Assembly: GCA_044507815.1 (NCBI GenBank)
Contig: JBIQIX010000004.1
Coordinates: forward strand, 195,288 to 259,287
Reading direction: 5' to 3'
DNA length: 64,000 bases
Origin: Flavobacteriales bacterium
GTDB lineage: Bacteria; Bacteroidota; Bacteroidia; Flavobacteriales_F; PHOS-HE28
In this document: positions 45,545-54,759 of the stretch, piece after piece
Position numbering within the stretch: the stretch's first letter is position 1
How the letters are laid out: each line of letters opens with the position of its first letter
Translations under genes and position numbers: made by a program
Notes under the pieces: generated by a model
What the model was told of the DNA's origin: nothing
Databases searched by the model: none
What the model saw: only the letters and a program-made list of their open reading frames with translations

Positions 45545-48500
45545 TTAGCGACCCAGCAGGGCATTGAGGTGAAGTGTGGTCAGGCCCAATTGGAGCAGCA
45601 CATCGAGGTGGGCCTCCTCGATCGCCCTGGCTTGTTCCATGCCTTGCAGGAATTCCATGTAGCTGGCCTCGCCGCTTTGGTAGGCCCGGGTGGCATCATG
45701 GCGCAGGGCCGTGGCCAACGCCGTGCCTGTGCCCTGGTAGTATTCGAGGCTTTGTTGCAATTGGGTCCATTGGGCGCGTGTAGCGGTCAGTTCGGCCACA
45801 CGCCCGCGGCGCAGTTCCTCGTATTGTTGTTCGGCGATCTCGCTGCGCAGGCGGGCCGCACGGGTCTGCGCTCCCTGTCCCGAACCGGGCAGGGGGATGG
45901 AAGTGCCGAGCACGTAACCTTTGTATGGGAATACGCCATCGATGGATTGGAGGATCGCACCGGCTTGCAATGATGGCGCCCATTGGGCGCGCTGCATGCG
46001 CCATTCGGCCCCGGCCACTTGGGCCCGTTGCCGTGCCGATGCCAGCACGGGGTCGTGCCCAGCGTCTGCCGGCGGGTCGGTTAGCTGTGTTGCCATGCGG
46101 GCCAAGGCGGCGGTATCGGCGACGGCCCCGGCCAGTGGGCCGGTCCATTGTTCAAGTTCAACCGCAAAAACAGCCACGTCCGAGCTTGCCTTTTGCCATT
46201 GCAGCCTGGCCTGGTCGGCAGCGCTTTTCGCGCTCATGGCCTCCAAGCGTCCGCTTTGGCCCAGCTGGAATTTGCGGTCGGCCATGCTGGCCAGCAGTTG
46301 CATTGCGCTGTCGTTGCGCTGCAGTAGCCGTGCGCGCCAGGTGGCGGCCGACCACTGCAGGTAGGCCCCGGCCACGTTTTCGCGCACGGCCGCACCGATG
46401 CGCTGCCGGTCGGCCTCGGCTAAGCGCAGGCTTTCCTGCAAGTAGCGGCTGCGTTGGGCAATGGCCGTGGGGAACGGGATACCGGTAACGGCTTGCAGGT
46501 TGAAATCGTGGGCGGCACTGTTGATCTGCCCGCCCTGCAGCTGGGCGCTGACCGGTTGGAGCTGTAATGCGGTTTTCTTCAGGGCCTGCTGCTGCCGCAC
46601 GTCCAGTTCGGCGGCCGTAATGGCAGGGTGGCCCCGCATGGCGCGGGCGATGGCCGTATCAAGGGGCAGCACGGGCGCCTGCGCGCTTGCCGGCACGGCC
46701 GCCGTAATGGCCAAGGCGAGCACCATGATGGGCGCGCCGCCTGGGGAATCGCGCTTCTGCTTCCGTTTCCTGCGCATGAACACCCAGTGGTAGAGCACGG
46801 GAACCACGGCCAGGGTGAGCAGGGTGGAGGTTATGAGACCCCCGATAACCACCGTGGCCAAGGGACGTTGCACTTCTGCGCCGGGGCTGGTGCTGATGGC
46901 CATGGGCAGGAAGCCGAGCGAGGCCACGGCAGCGGTGGCCAGCACGGGCCGCAAGCGGGCCATGGTGCCGCGCACCACGCGCTCGGTCACGTCCTCCACG
47001 CCGTCCGCCTTCAAGCGGTTGAAATAGCTCATGAGCACGATGCCGTTGAGCACCGCCACGCCGAAGAGCGCGATGAAGCCGATGCCCGCGCTGATGCTGA
47101 AGTCCAGCCCGCGCACCCACAGGGCGAGCACGCCGCCCACCGCGGCCATGGGCACAGCGCTGAAGATGATCAGCGCTTCGCTGAGCGAGCGGAAGGCGAA
47201 GTAAAGCAGCACGAAGATGAGGGCCATGGCCAGCGGCACGGTGAGCAGCAGCCGCGCGCTGGCTTCCTGCAAATTCTTGAACGTGCCGCCGTAGCTGACG
47301 AACCAGCCGGTGGGCAGCTTCAGGTCGCGGCCGATCACGGCTTGGATATCTTCCGCCGTGCTTTGGATGTCGCGGCCCCGCACGTTGGCTTCCACCACGA
47401 TGCGCCGCGCGCCGTTCTCGCGGCTCACCTGTGCGGCCGCGCTTTGGAAGCTCACTTCGGCCAGTTGCCCCAGTGGGATCTGCTTGCCCGTGCCGGGCAG
47501 CGGCACCAGAATGCTCTTCACTTTATCGGCGTCCGCATCGCGCATGTCGGCCAGGCGCACCACCAGGTCGAAGCGGCGTTCACCTTCATACACCACGCCG
47601 GCGTGGCCGCCCGCCAAGGCGGTGTTCAGTACGCGGTTCAGCTCGGCGATGTTCAGCCCGTACTGCGCCACGCGGGCACGGTCGTATTTCACCACGAGTT
47701 GCGGCATGCCGGTCACCTGCTCCACCTTGATGTCCGTGGCCCCGGGCACCGTGGCGATCAGCGCGGCGGCTTCATTGGCCTTCTTGAACATGTGGTCGAG
47801 GTCGTCGCCGTAGATCTTCACCGCGATGTCGCTCTTCACCCCGGCGATCAGTTCGTTGAAGCGCATCTGGATGGGCTGCTCGAAGCTGAGGTTGATGCCG
47901 GGGATCACGCCGAGCTTTTCGGCCATCAGCTCCGCCATCTTCTCGCGGTCCTTCGTGGTGGTCCAGTCCTTGCGTTCCTTCATCACGATGATCAGGTCCT
48001 GGCTTTCCATGGGCATGGGGTCGGTGGGGATCTCGCTGCTGCCGATCTTGCCCACCACCTCCTTCACTTCCGGGAATTCCTTCATCAGGATGCGCGCGGC
48101 CTGATCGCTCACGGCGATGCTCTGGCTGAGGTTGCTTCCTTGGCGGATGGTGAGGTTGGTGGCGAAGTCGCCTTCATCCAGTTCGGGGATGAACTCGCCG
48201 CCCAAGCGGTTGAACACGAACAGCGAGATCACCACCAAGCCCAAGGCACCCGCCAAGGTGGACTTGCGGTGGCGCAGCAATCCCTTCAACTTGGGCGCAT
48301 ACCATTGCTGCAGGCGGTGTACCATGCGCTCGCTCCAGCTTTCACCTTTCGGGATCTGACGGTCCATGAAGAGTGAGACCACCCACGGCACATAGGTGAC
48401 GCTGAGCAGCAGTGCGCCGATGATGGCGAAGCTGACGGTGAATGCCATGGGGCGGAACATCTTGCCTTCGATGCCCACCAGGGCGAAGATGGGCACGTAC

Positions 48501-49873
48501 ACGATGAGGATGATCACCTGGCCGAAGACGGCGCTTTTCATGATGCCTCCGGCCGAGCGGATCGTCTCGTCGCTCATTTCCTTCTTGGTGAGAAGGGCTC
48601 CTGCGTGGCGCTTGTGCAGGGCGAAGAGCATGCCTTCCACCACGATCACCGCGCCGTCCACGATGAGGCCGAAATCCAGCGCGCCCATGCTCATCAGGTT
48701 GGCGCTCTGGCCGGCCACCACCATGCAGCCGATGGCGAACAGCAGCGCGAGCGGGATCACGCTGGCCACGATGAGGCCCGCGCGCCAGTTGCCCAGCAGC
48801 AGCAGCAGCACGGCGATCACGATCAACGCGCCCATCAGCAGGTTGTGCTCCACCGTGCCGATGGTCTGCGCCACCAGCTTGGAGCGGTCCACGAAAACAT
48901 CCACGTATACGCCTTCGGGCAGGCTGTGCCGCACCTCTTCCATGCGCTCCTTCACGGCGGTGACGGTGGCCATGGCGTTGGCGCCCTTCATCATCAGCAC
49001 CACGCCGCCCACGGCTTCGCCTTGGCCGTTGCGCGTCATGGCACCGTAGCGCGTGGCATGGCCGAACTGCACTTCGGCCACATCGCGCACGCGCACCGGA
49101 CTGCCGCCGCGCGCCTCGATCACCGTGTTCTCCAGGTCCTTTAGGGAACTCACTAAGCCTTCGCCGCGGATGAAGTAGATGTTCGGCCCTTTCTCGATGT
49201 AGCTGCCACCGGTGTTGGCGTTGTTGCTCTCCAGCGCGTTGAACACGTCCAGCAGGGAAAGCCCGGCACCGGCCAGCTTGCGCGCGTCCACGCGGACTTC
49301 ATACTGTTTCAGCAGGCCGCCGAAGCTGCTTACGTCGATCACGCCCGGCACGCCCAGCAGGTGTTGGCGCACCACCCAGTCCTGCAGCGTGCGCAGTTCC
49401 ATCAGGTCGAATTGGCCTTGGTGGGCGCTGTCCACGGCGAGGGTGTACTGGTAGATCTCGCCGATGCCCGTGGTGGGCGGCGCCATTTCCGGGGTGCCGT
49501 ATCCGGCGGGGATCTGGCTTTGGGCCTGTGCAATGCGCTCCTGCACCAATTGGCGGCTGAGGTAGAGCGGCACGTTGTCCTTGAAGACCACCGTGACCAC
49601 CGAGAGGCCGCTGCGCGAAACGCTGCGCAACTCCACCAGGTCGGGCAGGTTCTTGAAGGCCTGTTCCAGCGGGAAGGTGATGAACTGTTCCACCTCCTGC
49701 GTGGCGAGGTTGGGCGCAATGGTGTTCACCAGCACCTGGTTGTTGGTGACGTCGGGCAGCGCGTCGAGGGGCAGCTGGGTGACGGACCATGCGCCCCAGC
49801 CGATGAAGGCCAGGAGCAGCAGGCCTGTGATGAGCTTGTTGCGTACGGAGAACGAGATGATACGTTCGATCAT
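45545..49873 (-). CDS. CzcA/CusA-type heavy-metal efflux RND permease fused in frame to a TolC-like outer-membrane efflux protein module
   Basis: Residues 1–1032 form a 12-transmembrane RND permease (MIERIISFSVRNKLITGLLLLAF…). With no intervening stop codon this continues into MRRKRKQKRDSPGGAPIMVLALAITAAVPASAQA (a signal-peptide-like segment; ATG at 46777) and about 410 aa with outer-membrane-efflux-protein family helical-repeat character. Confidence 0.7.
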   Translation of the reverse strand: MIERIISFSVRNKLITGLLLLAFIGWGAWSVTQLPLDALPDVTNNQVLVNTIAPNLATQEVEQFITFPLEQAFKNLPDLVELRSVSRSGLSVVTVVFKDNVPLYLSRQLVQERIAQAQSQIPAGYGTPEMAPPTTGIGEIYQYTLAVDSAHQGQFDLMELRTLQDWVVRQHLLGVPGVIDVSSFGGLLKQYEVRVDARKLAGAGLSLLDVFNALESNNANTGGSYIEKGPNIYFIRGEGLVSSLKDLENTVIEARGGSPVRVRDVAEVQFGHATRYGAMTRNGQGEAVGGVVLMMKGANAMATVTAVKERMEEVRHSLPEGVYVDVFVDRSKLVAQTIGTVEHNLLMGALIVIAVLLLLLGNWRAGLIVASVIPLALLFAIGCMVVAGQSANLMSMGALDFGLIVDGAVIVVEGMLFALHKRHAGALLTKKEMSDETIRSAGGIMKSAVFGQVIILIVYVPIFALVGIEGKMFRPMAFTVSFAIIGALLLSVTYVPWVVSLFMDRQIPKGESWSERMVHRLQQWYAPKLKGLLRHRKSTLAGALGLVVISLFVFNRLGGEFIPELDEGDFATNLTIRQGSNLSQSIAVSDQAARILMKEFPEVKEVVGKIGSSEIPTDPMPMESQDLIIVMKERKDWTTTKDREKMAELMAEKLGVIPGINLSFEQPIQMRFNELIAGVKSDIAVKIYGDDLDHMFKKANEAAALIATVPGATDIKVEQVTGMPQLVVKYDRARVAQYGLNIAELNRVLNTALAGGHAGVVYEGERRFDLVVRLADMRDADADKVKSILVPLPGTGKQIPLGQLAEVSFQSAAAQVSRENGARRIVVEANVRGRDIQSTAEDIQAVIGRDLKLPTGWFVSYGGTFKNLQEASARLLLTVPLAMALIFVLLYFAFRSLSEALIIFSAVPMAAVGGVLALWVRGLDFSISAGIGFIALFGVAVLNGIVLMSYFNRLKADGVEDVTERVVRGTMARLRPVLATAAVASLGFLPMAISTSPGAEVQRPLATVVIGGLITSTLLTLAVVPVLYHWVFMRRKRKQKRDSPGGAPIMVLALAITAAVPASAQAPVLPLDTAIARAMRGHPAITAAELDVRQQQALKKTALQLQPVSAQLQGGQINSAAHDFNLQAVTGIPFPTAIAQRSRYLQESLRLAEADRQRIGAAVRENVAGAYLQWSAATWRARLLQRNDSAMQLLASMADRKFQLGQSGRLEAMSAKSAADQARLQWQKASSDVAVFAVELEQWTGPLAGAVADTAALARMATQLTDPPADAGHDPVLASARQRAQVAGAEWRMQRAQWAPSLQAGAILQSIDGVFPYKGYVLGTSIPLPGSGQGAQTRAARLRSEIAEQQYEELRRGRVAELTATRAQWTQLQQSLEYYQGTGTALATALRHDATRAYQSGEASYMEFLQGMEQARAIEEAHLDVLLQLGLTTLHLNALLGR

Positions 49874-49969
49874 GCACGGGTGGGCGCAAGGGCAGCCCGG
49901 GATTAAGAAGGAAGGACTTGGGAAAAGGGGACGCCAACAGGCATTGCCGGGCGCGCGGGCGCTATGCAC

Positions 49970-50347
49970 TCAGGCGCGTGGAGGCTGCCAAATGTCGGCC
50001 GGGCCGGATTGCAGGGCCACGCGGTCCTCCCAGGGCTTCAATACCAGTTCCAAGCCGTCCGATGGTACCAGCGACGGGCCGCATTGAGCAGGCACCTTGG
50101 CCTGCAGGGTTTGTGCGCCGCAATGGTGATCGCCATGAAAAGGCAGGTTGTGGTGGTCGTGATGTTCACCGGCATGGTGTTGGCCGTGCAGGTAATGTTC
50201 GCTGATGAATGCCCACCACCCGGTGTCCTCGGCAGATTGGTGCTCCCAATAATGTTTGAGCAGGCCGGGCACCTTCAGCACTTCGTGCACCTCGGTATGG
50301 GTGGCAACGAAAAGGCTGAGCAGGGAGATGGCGATCCAATGCCGCAT
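49970..50347 (-). CDS. Histidine-rich small protein (putative metal-binding), upstream of the czc-like operon
   Basis: Hydrophobic N-terminus (MRHWIAISLLSLFVATHT) and a His cluster (HYLHGQHHAGEHHDHHNLPFHGDHHC). It ends about 100 nt upstream of the RND gene start. Confidence 0.45.
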   Translation of the reverse strand: MRHWIAISLLSLFVATHTEVHEVLKVPGLLKHYWEHQSAEDTGWWAFISEHYLHGQHHAGEHHDHHNLPFHGDHHCGAQTLQAKVPAQCGPSLVPSDGLELVLKPWEDRVALQSGPADIWQPPRA

Positions 50348-50477
50348 GCGCGGCAAAGATAGTTGGGCCTTCGGCCCATATGGGGGCAATCAGGTGGGGG
50401 TCCTTGCGCCAAATAATGTCAACGGCCGCCTGGCTGATCTGAACGAAAAAGGCCCCAACTTTCGCTGGAGCCTTCCG

Positions 50478-50550
50478 TGATTCCGCTGGGACTCGAACCC
50501 AGGGCCCATACATTAAAAGTGTATTGCTCTACCAACTGAGCTACGGAATC
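50478..50550 (-). tRNA. tRNA-Lys (anticodon TTT)
   Basis: The reverse complement folds as GATTCCG-TA-GCTC-AGTTGGTA-GAGC-A-ATACA-CTTTTAA-TGTAT-GGGCC-CTGGG-TTCGAGT-CCCAG-CGGAATC-A. Confidence 0.8.
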
Positions 50551-50610
50551 AATCCCTCACACCAAGGGGGCCGAAGCCGTTTCCCTGATTTGAGGCCGCG
50601 AAGGTAATCT

Positions 50611-51837
50611 TCATTGCTTCATGTCCAAACGCTCTTCCTTTTTTTCTGCTACCCCACCGATGATCGGCAGTCGCTCGAAGGGCTTGTTGCGGTCGAACAG
50701 GTAGCGGTAGGTGGCCAAGGTGCGGTAATTGGCGGCACCGAGGTTCTCGCAAACGCGGAGCATCTTGGGGTTGAAATCGCCGACCCAGGTGAGCACCGTT
50801 TCCTTGTACCGCCGTGTTTTTTGCAGCCATTCGCTCATGAATGCGATCATGGCGCCTTCCACGCCCTTGCCCTGCCATTCCTTCACCACACCGAACACGA
50901 TCCCGGTCATGGTGGTGGCAGTGCCCCACCATTTGTGCCAAAGGAATTTCAATTTGCCCCACCAGCCCAGGCTGCCGTTCAGGTGCCGGAAGATCTCGTT
51001 CAATTCGGGCAGGTTGATGTAGAACGCGATCGGCTTGCCCCGGTGGTAAACGAAAACAACGATGCGCGGGTCCATCACCGGCTTCATCTGTTTTATGGTC
51101 TTCAGGGCCACTTCCTTGGGCATGGGCCTGAAGCCTTCGTGATCCACCCACGCCTCATTCAATACGGTGCGGAAATCCTCGGCAAGCTGTTCTGTGGACA
51201 TGCCCCGCACATTGCGGACCACGAAATCGGGATCATTTTGGAATTGGCGGTATTTGCGCACGAAAATGGGCTGTGATGGCTCCAGTGCGTCGCGCTTGAA
51301 AAAGAGCTGCCGGAAGTAGAGCTTGAAGCCGTAGCGCTCGAAAAGTTGAACGTAGTAGGAGGGGTTGTAATTGGTACCGTAGATCGGCGGGTCGGTGAAG
51401 TTCTCGATCAGCAATCCCCAGAACATGTTTCGTTCGCCCAGGTTCACCGGGCCGTCCATGGCCTCCATGCCTTGTGCCTTCAACCATGCCTTGGCGGTGT
51501 CGAAAAGCAGGTCTGCGGCGCGCTGGTCGTTGGTGCATTCAAAAAAGCCGCAGCCGCCAGTGGGTTGCTGCTTGTCGGTCCAGGCCGTCTTGGGATCCAC
51601 CCAGGCGGCGATGCGGCCGATGGCCTGCCCGCCATCATCATATAGCACCCACCGTTTGATGCTGCCCGGCTTGCGGTCGGGGCGGGGTTGCAGCAGCTTG
51701 TTCTTGGCCGGGTCGAAAACGCGCTCCACATCCTGTTCCAGGTGTGGGACCCAGTTGCTGTCGCCTGCATAGATCTTCCAAGGCAGCCGTTTCCAATCGC
51801 GCAGGGCCCGGCCGCTGGCCGCTTCCATGATCTTCAT
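50611..51837 (-). CDS. Hypothetical protein with an acyl-CoA N-acyltransferase (GNAT/FemAB-like) fold
   Basis: A 408-aa ORF. The family assignment is tentative and based on overall similarity of its sequence blocks to Bacteroidota proteins annotated as GNAT-family. Confidence 0.4.
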   Translation of the reverse strand: MKIMEAASGRALRDWKRLPWKIYAGDSNWVPHLEQDVERVFDPAKNKLLQPRPDRKPGSIKRWVLYDDGGQAIGRIAAWVDPKTAWTDKQQPTGGCGFFECTNDQRAADLLFDTAKAWLKAQGMEAMDGPVNLGERNMFWGLLIENFTDPPIYGTNYNPSYYVQLFERYGFKLYFRQLFFKRDALEPSQPIFVRKYRQFQNDPDFVVRNVRGMSTEQLAEDFRTVLNEAWVDHEGFRPMPKEVALKTIKQMKPVMDPRIVVFVYHRGKPIAFYINLPELNEIFRHLNGSLGWWGKLKFLWHKWWGTATTMTGIVFGVVKEWQGKGVEGAMIAFMSEWLQKTRRYKETVLTWVGDFNPKMLRVCENLGAANYRTLATYRYLFDRNKPFERLPIIGGVAEKKEERLDMKQ

Positions 51838-51914
51838 TGGGCGAAGATCGGTACGGGCGGGAAAAAGGTCCGGTACGTGGCCAGGGGGTTGAGTACGCTG
51901 CTTACCTTGGCCAC

Positions 51915-52430
51915 ATGCGGGTGTTCCTCATCGGTTTCATGTGCAGCGGCAAAAGCGTGGTGGGCAGGGAGCTGGCCAAGCTCACGGGCATCCGCTTCAT
52001 GGACATCGACCGCGTGATCGAGCAGCAGATCGGTCCCATACTTCCATGGATGCAGGCCCATGGCGAGGCCAAGTTCCGGGAGGTGGAAAACCGGGTATTG
52101 GAGGAGATCCTGAAGGAGCGGGAGGTGCTGGTGGCCTGTGGCGGGGGCACGCCCATGAGCGCTGATAACATGGACCGCATGTTGGCGGCCGGGCAGGTTG
52201 TTTACTTGGATGTGCCGCATGCCACCTTGTTGGCGCGCGCCAAACGCTCGGGCGGTGACCGGCCCCTGTTGTTCGGGCTGAAAGGAGAGGCCCTGGGCCA
52301 CCGCATTGCGGAATTGATGCAGGTGCGCGAGCCCGTATACCGCAGGGCACCGTGGCATGTGCCCGCCACGGGCACCCCCTACGAGATCGCCCAAATGACC
52401 GCCGCCGTGCTGGGCCTTCAGGAAAGATAG
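51915..52430 (+). CDS. aroK: Shikimate kinase
   Basis: P-loop (LIGFMCSGKSVVGRELA) and a length of about 171 aa. Confidence 0.8.
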   Translation: MRVFLIGFMCSGKSVVGRELAKLTGIRFMDIDRVIEQQIGPILPWMQAHGEAKFREVENRVLEEILKEREVLVACGGGTPMSADNMDRMLAAGQVVYLDVPHATLLARAKRSGGDRPLLFGLKGEALGHRIAELMQVREPVYRRAPWHVPATGTPYEIAQMTAAVLGLQER

Positions 52431-52921
52431 ACCGTGTCCTTGCGGCCCAGCTCCACACTGATGTGCTCCTGCAGCGTGGTGCTGAGGGTAAGGCCCACGA
52501 TATCGGCGCGCACCGGAAAGCTGCGGTGCCGCCGATCCACAAGGACCACCGTGGTCAGGCGTTTCACCGGGGAGCCGATCAGGTGCGCCGCCGCATACAT
52601 CAGGGTGCGGCCGCTCATCAGCACATCATCCACCAATACCACGGTGCGGCCGGCCAGGTCCACCGTGCCGTTGCCCAATTTGGCAGGCCCGGCCATGGGG
52701 GCGTCCTTGTCCAGTTCCAACTGGTGCAGCTCGATCCGCAGGGGCGAGATCTGTTCCAATTCGCGGCGCAACCGTTCGGCCACCTTTATGCCGCGCGGGG
52801 CAACCCCCACCAGCACCAGCCCCGGCTCGCCCACATTCTGTTCATACAGTTCAATGGCCATGCGGCGCAGCTTGCGCTGGATCCGCTCATGTTCCAATAC
52901 CACGGTACGTTCGGCCGCCAT
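52418..52921 (-). CDS. pyrR: Phosphoribosyltransferase-family protein (PyrR-like regulator / uracil phosphoribosyltransferase)
   Basis: PRPP-binding motif (VVLVDDVLMSGRTLMYAAAHL) and a PyrR-like C-terminal region (VVLVDRRHRSFPVRADIVG). Confidence 0.6.
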   Translation of the reverse strand: MAAERTVVLEHERIQRKLRRMAIELYEQNVGEPGLVLVGVAPRGIKVAERLRRELEQISPLRIELHQLELDKDAPMAGPAKLGNGTVDLAGRTVVLVDDVLMSGRTLMYAAAHLIGSPVKRLTTVVLVDRRHRSFPVRADIVGLTLSTTLQEHISVELGRKDTVYLS

Positions 52922-52975
52922 GGGCCGAAAATACGTGCCGCGAACAGATCCGTGATCACCTTTGCGGCCCCGACC

Positions 52976-53731
52976 ATGCTGGTACTTCTTTCCCCCGCCA
53001 AAAGCTTGGATGAAACGCCGCAACCGTGCCCACCTGGCGCCAGCGTGCCGGTGTTCGCCGAGGAAAGCAAGGAGGTGATGGCGCGCCTGGCCCGCCTTAC
53101 CGTGCCGGCGCTGCAGCAGTTGATGGGCATAAGCGACAGCCTGGCCGGGCTGAACCACCACCGGCACCGGCGCTGGGCGGAGGCCGAAAGAAAGGCCGCC
53201 CTTTTCCTGTTCGATGGCGAAGCGTACCGCGGCCTCGAGGCCCATCGCTTCACCCCGCACGACCTGGCGGCCGCGCAGCGCCAGCTCCGCATCCTAAGCG
53301 GCCTGTACGGCGTGCTGCGGCCGCTTGACATGATCGCGCCGCACCGCTTGGAAATGGGCACCAAGCTGGCCATGGGGCGCGGCAGGCGGGACCTGTACGC
53401 CTTTTGGGGCGAACGGATAACACGTGAACTGGCACGTACCGTTGCCGCCGAACAGCACCGCGCCGTGGTGAACCTGGCATCGGTGGAATATATGCGCAGC
53501 GTGCAACCGGCAGCGCTGCCCGTGCCCGTGATAACGCCGGTGTTCATGGAACAGACCGCACGCGGCCCGCGCGTGGTAACCGTGTACGCCAAACACCAAC
53601 GCGGGGCCATGGCCCATTGGATCATCCGCCATCGCATGGCCGACCCGTCGGAGTTGCGGCATTATGACCTGGATGGATACCGATTCGTGGAAGAAGAAGG
53701 CCGACCGGGCGAAATGGTTTTTCTGCGTTGA
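52976..53731 (+). CDS. yaaA: Peroxide-stress protein YaaA (UPF0246/DUF328)
   Basis: N-terminal MLVLLSPAKSLD signature. Confidence 0.75.
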   Translation: MLVLLSPAKSLDETPQPCPPGASVPVFAEESKEVMARLARLTVPALQQLMGISDSLAGLNHHRHRRWAEAERKAALFLFDGEAYRGLEAHRFTPHDLAAAQRQLRILSGLYGVLRPLDMIAPHRLEMGTKLAMGRGRRDLYAFWGERITRELARTVAAEQHRAVVNLASVEYMRSVQPAALPVPVITPVFMEQTARGPRVVTVYAKHQRGAMAHWIIRHRMADPSELRHYDLDGYRFVEEEGRPGEMVFLR

Positions 53732-54605
53732 ACCCCCGAACACCCCTTGCGCCGGTAATTTTGCAGCCGTGACCATTTTCCTGCTCTCCGCATTGTTGCT
53801 GCTGCTGTTGGCCTACTTGGCGGTGTGCGCCTTCTATTGGCTCTTCCAAGAGAAGTTCATCTTCGTGCGTTTCCCCTTGCCGGAGCGGTACCGCTTCAGT
53901 TTCACCTTGCCCTACACCGAGTTGTGGCTTGAGCGGCCGGACGGGGCGAAGCTGCACGCCCTGCATTTCACCATGGAAAAGCCGGCCGGCGCGGTGCTTT
54001 ACCTGCATGGCAATACGGGAAGCCTCCGGCGCTGGGGCAAGCGTGCACCGCGGTTCACCACCTTGCGCCATGCAGTGCTGATGCCGGATTACCGGGGCTA
54101 TGGAAAAAGCTCGGGCAAGCTTTCGGAAGAAGCCCTGCATGCCGATGCGCTGGCCTGGTACGATCACTTGGCGGGGATCTATGGCGAGGACCGGATCGTG
54201 GTGTACGGGCGATCGCTTGGCACCGGCATGGCCGTGCCCATAGCGGCCAAGCGCAACCCGCACGCCCTGGTGCTCGAGTCGCCCTTCGCCAACTTTGTCG
54301 ACGTGGCCCGCCATTACCTTTCCATACTCCCATACCGCTGGCTGCTGCGCTATTTCTTCCGGAACGACCAGGCCATACAGCAGGTGAAATGCCCCGTGTA
54401 CATTTTCCACGGCAAGCGCGATCCCCTGGTGCCGTACAGCAGCGCGCTCAGGCTGTACGCGGCCATACCGGTGCAACTTCACCGCGAACTGATCACCTTT
54501 CCCAAGGGCTACCACAGCGACCTGGCGGGCTATCCGCGGTTCCGCAGGAAACTGCGGGCCATTTTGGGGTCTCAGTCGCCGACCGTCAGGACCATCACGC
54601 AGTAA
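53664..54605 (+). CDS. Alpha/beta-fold hydrolase (membrane-anchored)
   Basis: Transmembrane anchor, the nucleophile elbow GRSLGTG and the C-terminal HGKRDPLVP…H catalytic region. The start is uncertain because the ORF overlaps the end of yaaA. Confidence 0.6.
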   Translation: MTWMDTDSWKKKADRAKWFFCVEPPNTPCAGNFAAVTIFLLSALLLLLLAYLAVCAFYWLFQEKFIFVRFPLPERYRFSFTLPYTELWLERPDGAKLHALHFTMEKPAGAVLYLHGNTGSLRRWGKRAPRFTTLRHAVLMPDYRGYGKSSGKLSEEALHADALAWYDHLAGIYGEDRIVVYGRSLGTGMAVPIAAKRNPHALVLESPFANFVDVARHYLSILPYRWLLRYFFRNDQAIQQVKCPVYIFHGKRDPLVPYSSALRLYAAIPVQLHRELITFPKGYHSDLAGYPRFRRKLRAILGSQSPTVRTITQ

Positions 54606-54759
54606 AGATCCTCCAATCCACTTGCCCATCCCGTTTGTTGGAAGCTGCGCATTTCGTCTACCTTTTAACGCGAAATGGTAACATGCCTGCCCATGGGCGG
54701 AACAACAGGTTGGGCATGAACGCCATACACCGCTACATTTGCCGCCCCATTGATCGAAC

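Noticed and set aside
52418-52430. A 13-nt convergent overlap of aroK and pyrR, and a 68-nt overlap of yaaA with the hydrolase ORF (53664–53731), considered as possible programmed features
   Set aside because: These are more likely due to start-codon uncertainty or tolerated 3' overlap in a compact genome. There is no slippery sequence or other signal.
54606-54759. A Bacteroidota-type promoter (TTG … TAccTTTT) upstream of fkpA
   Set aside because: Only a weak match to the −33 TTG and −7 TAnnTTTG consensus could be seen by eye. It is not reported as a feature without a scoring matrix.
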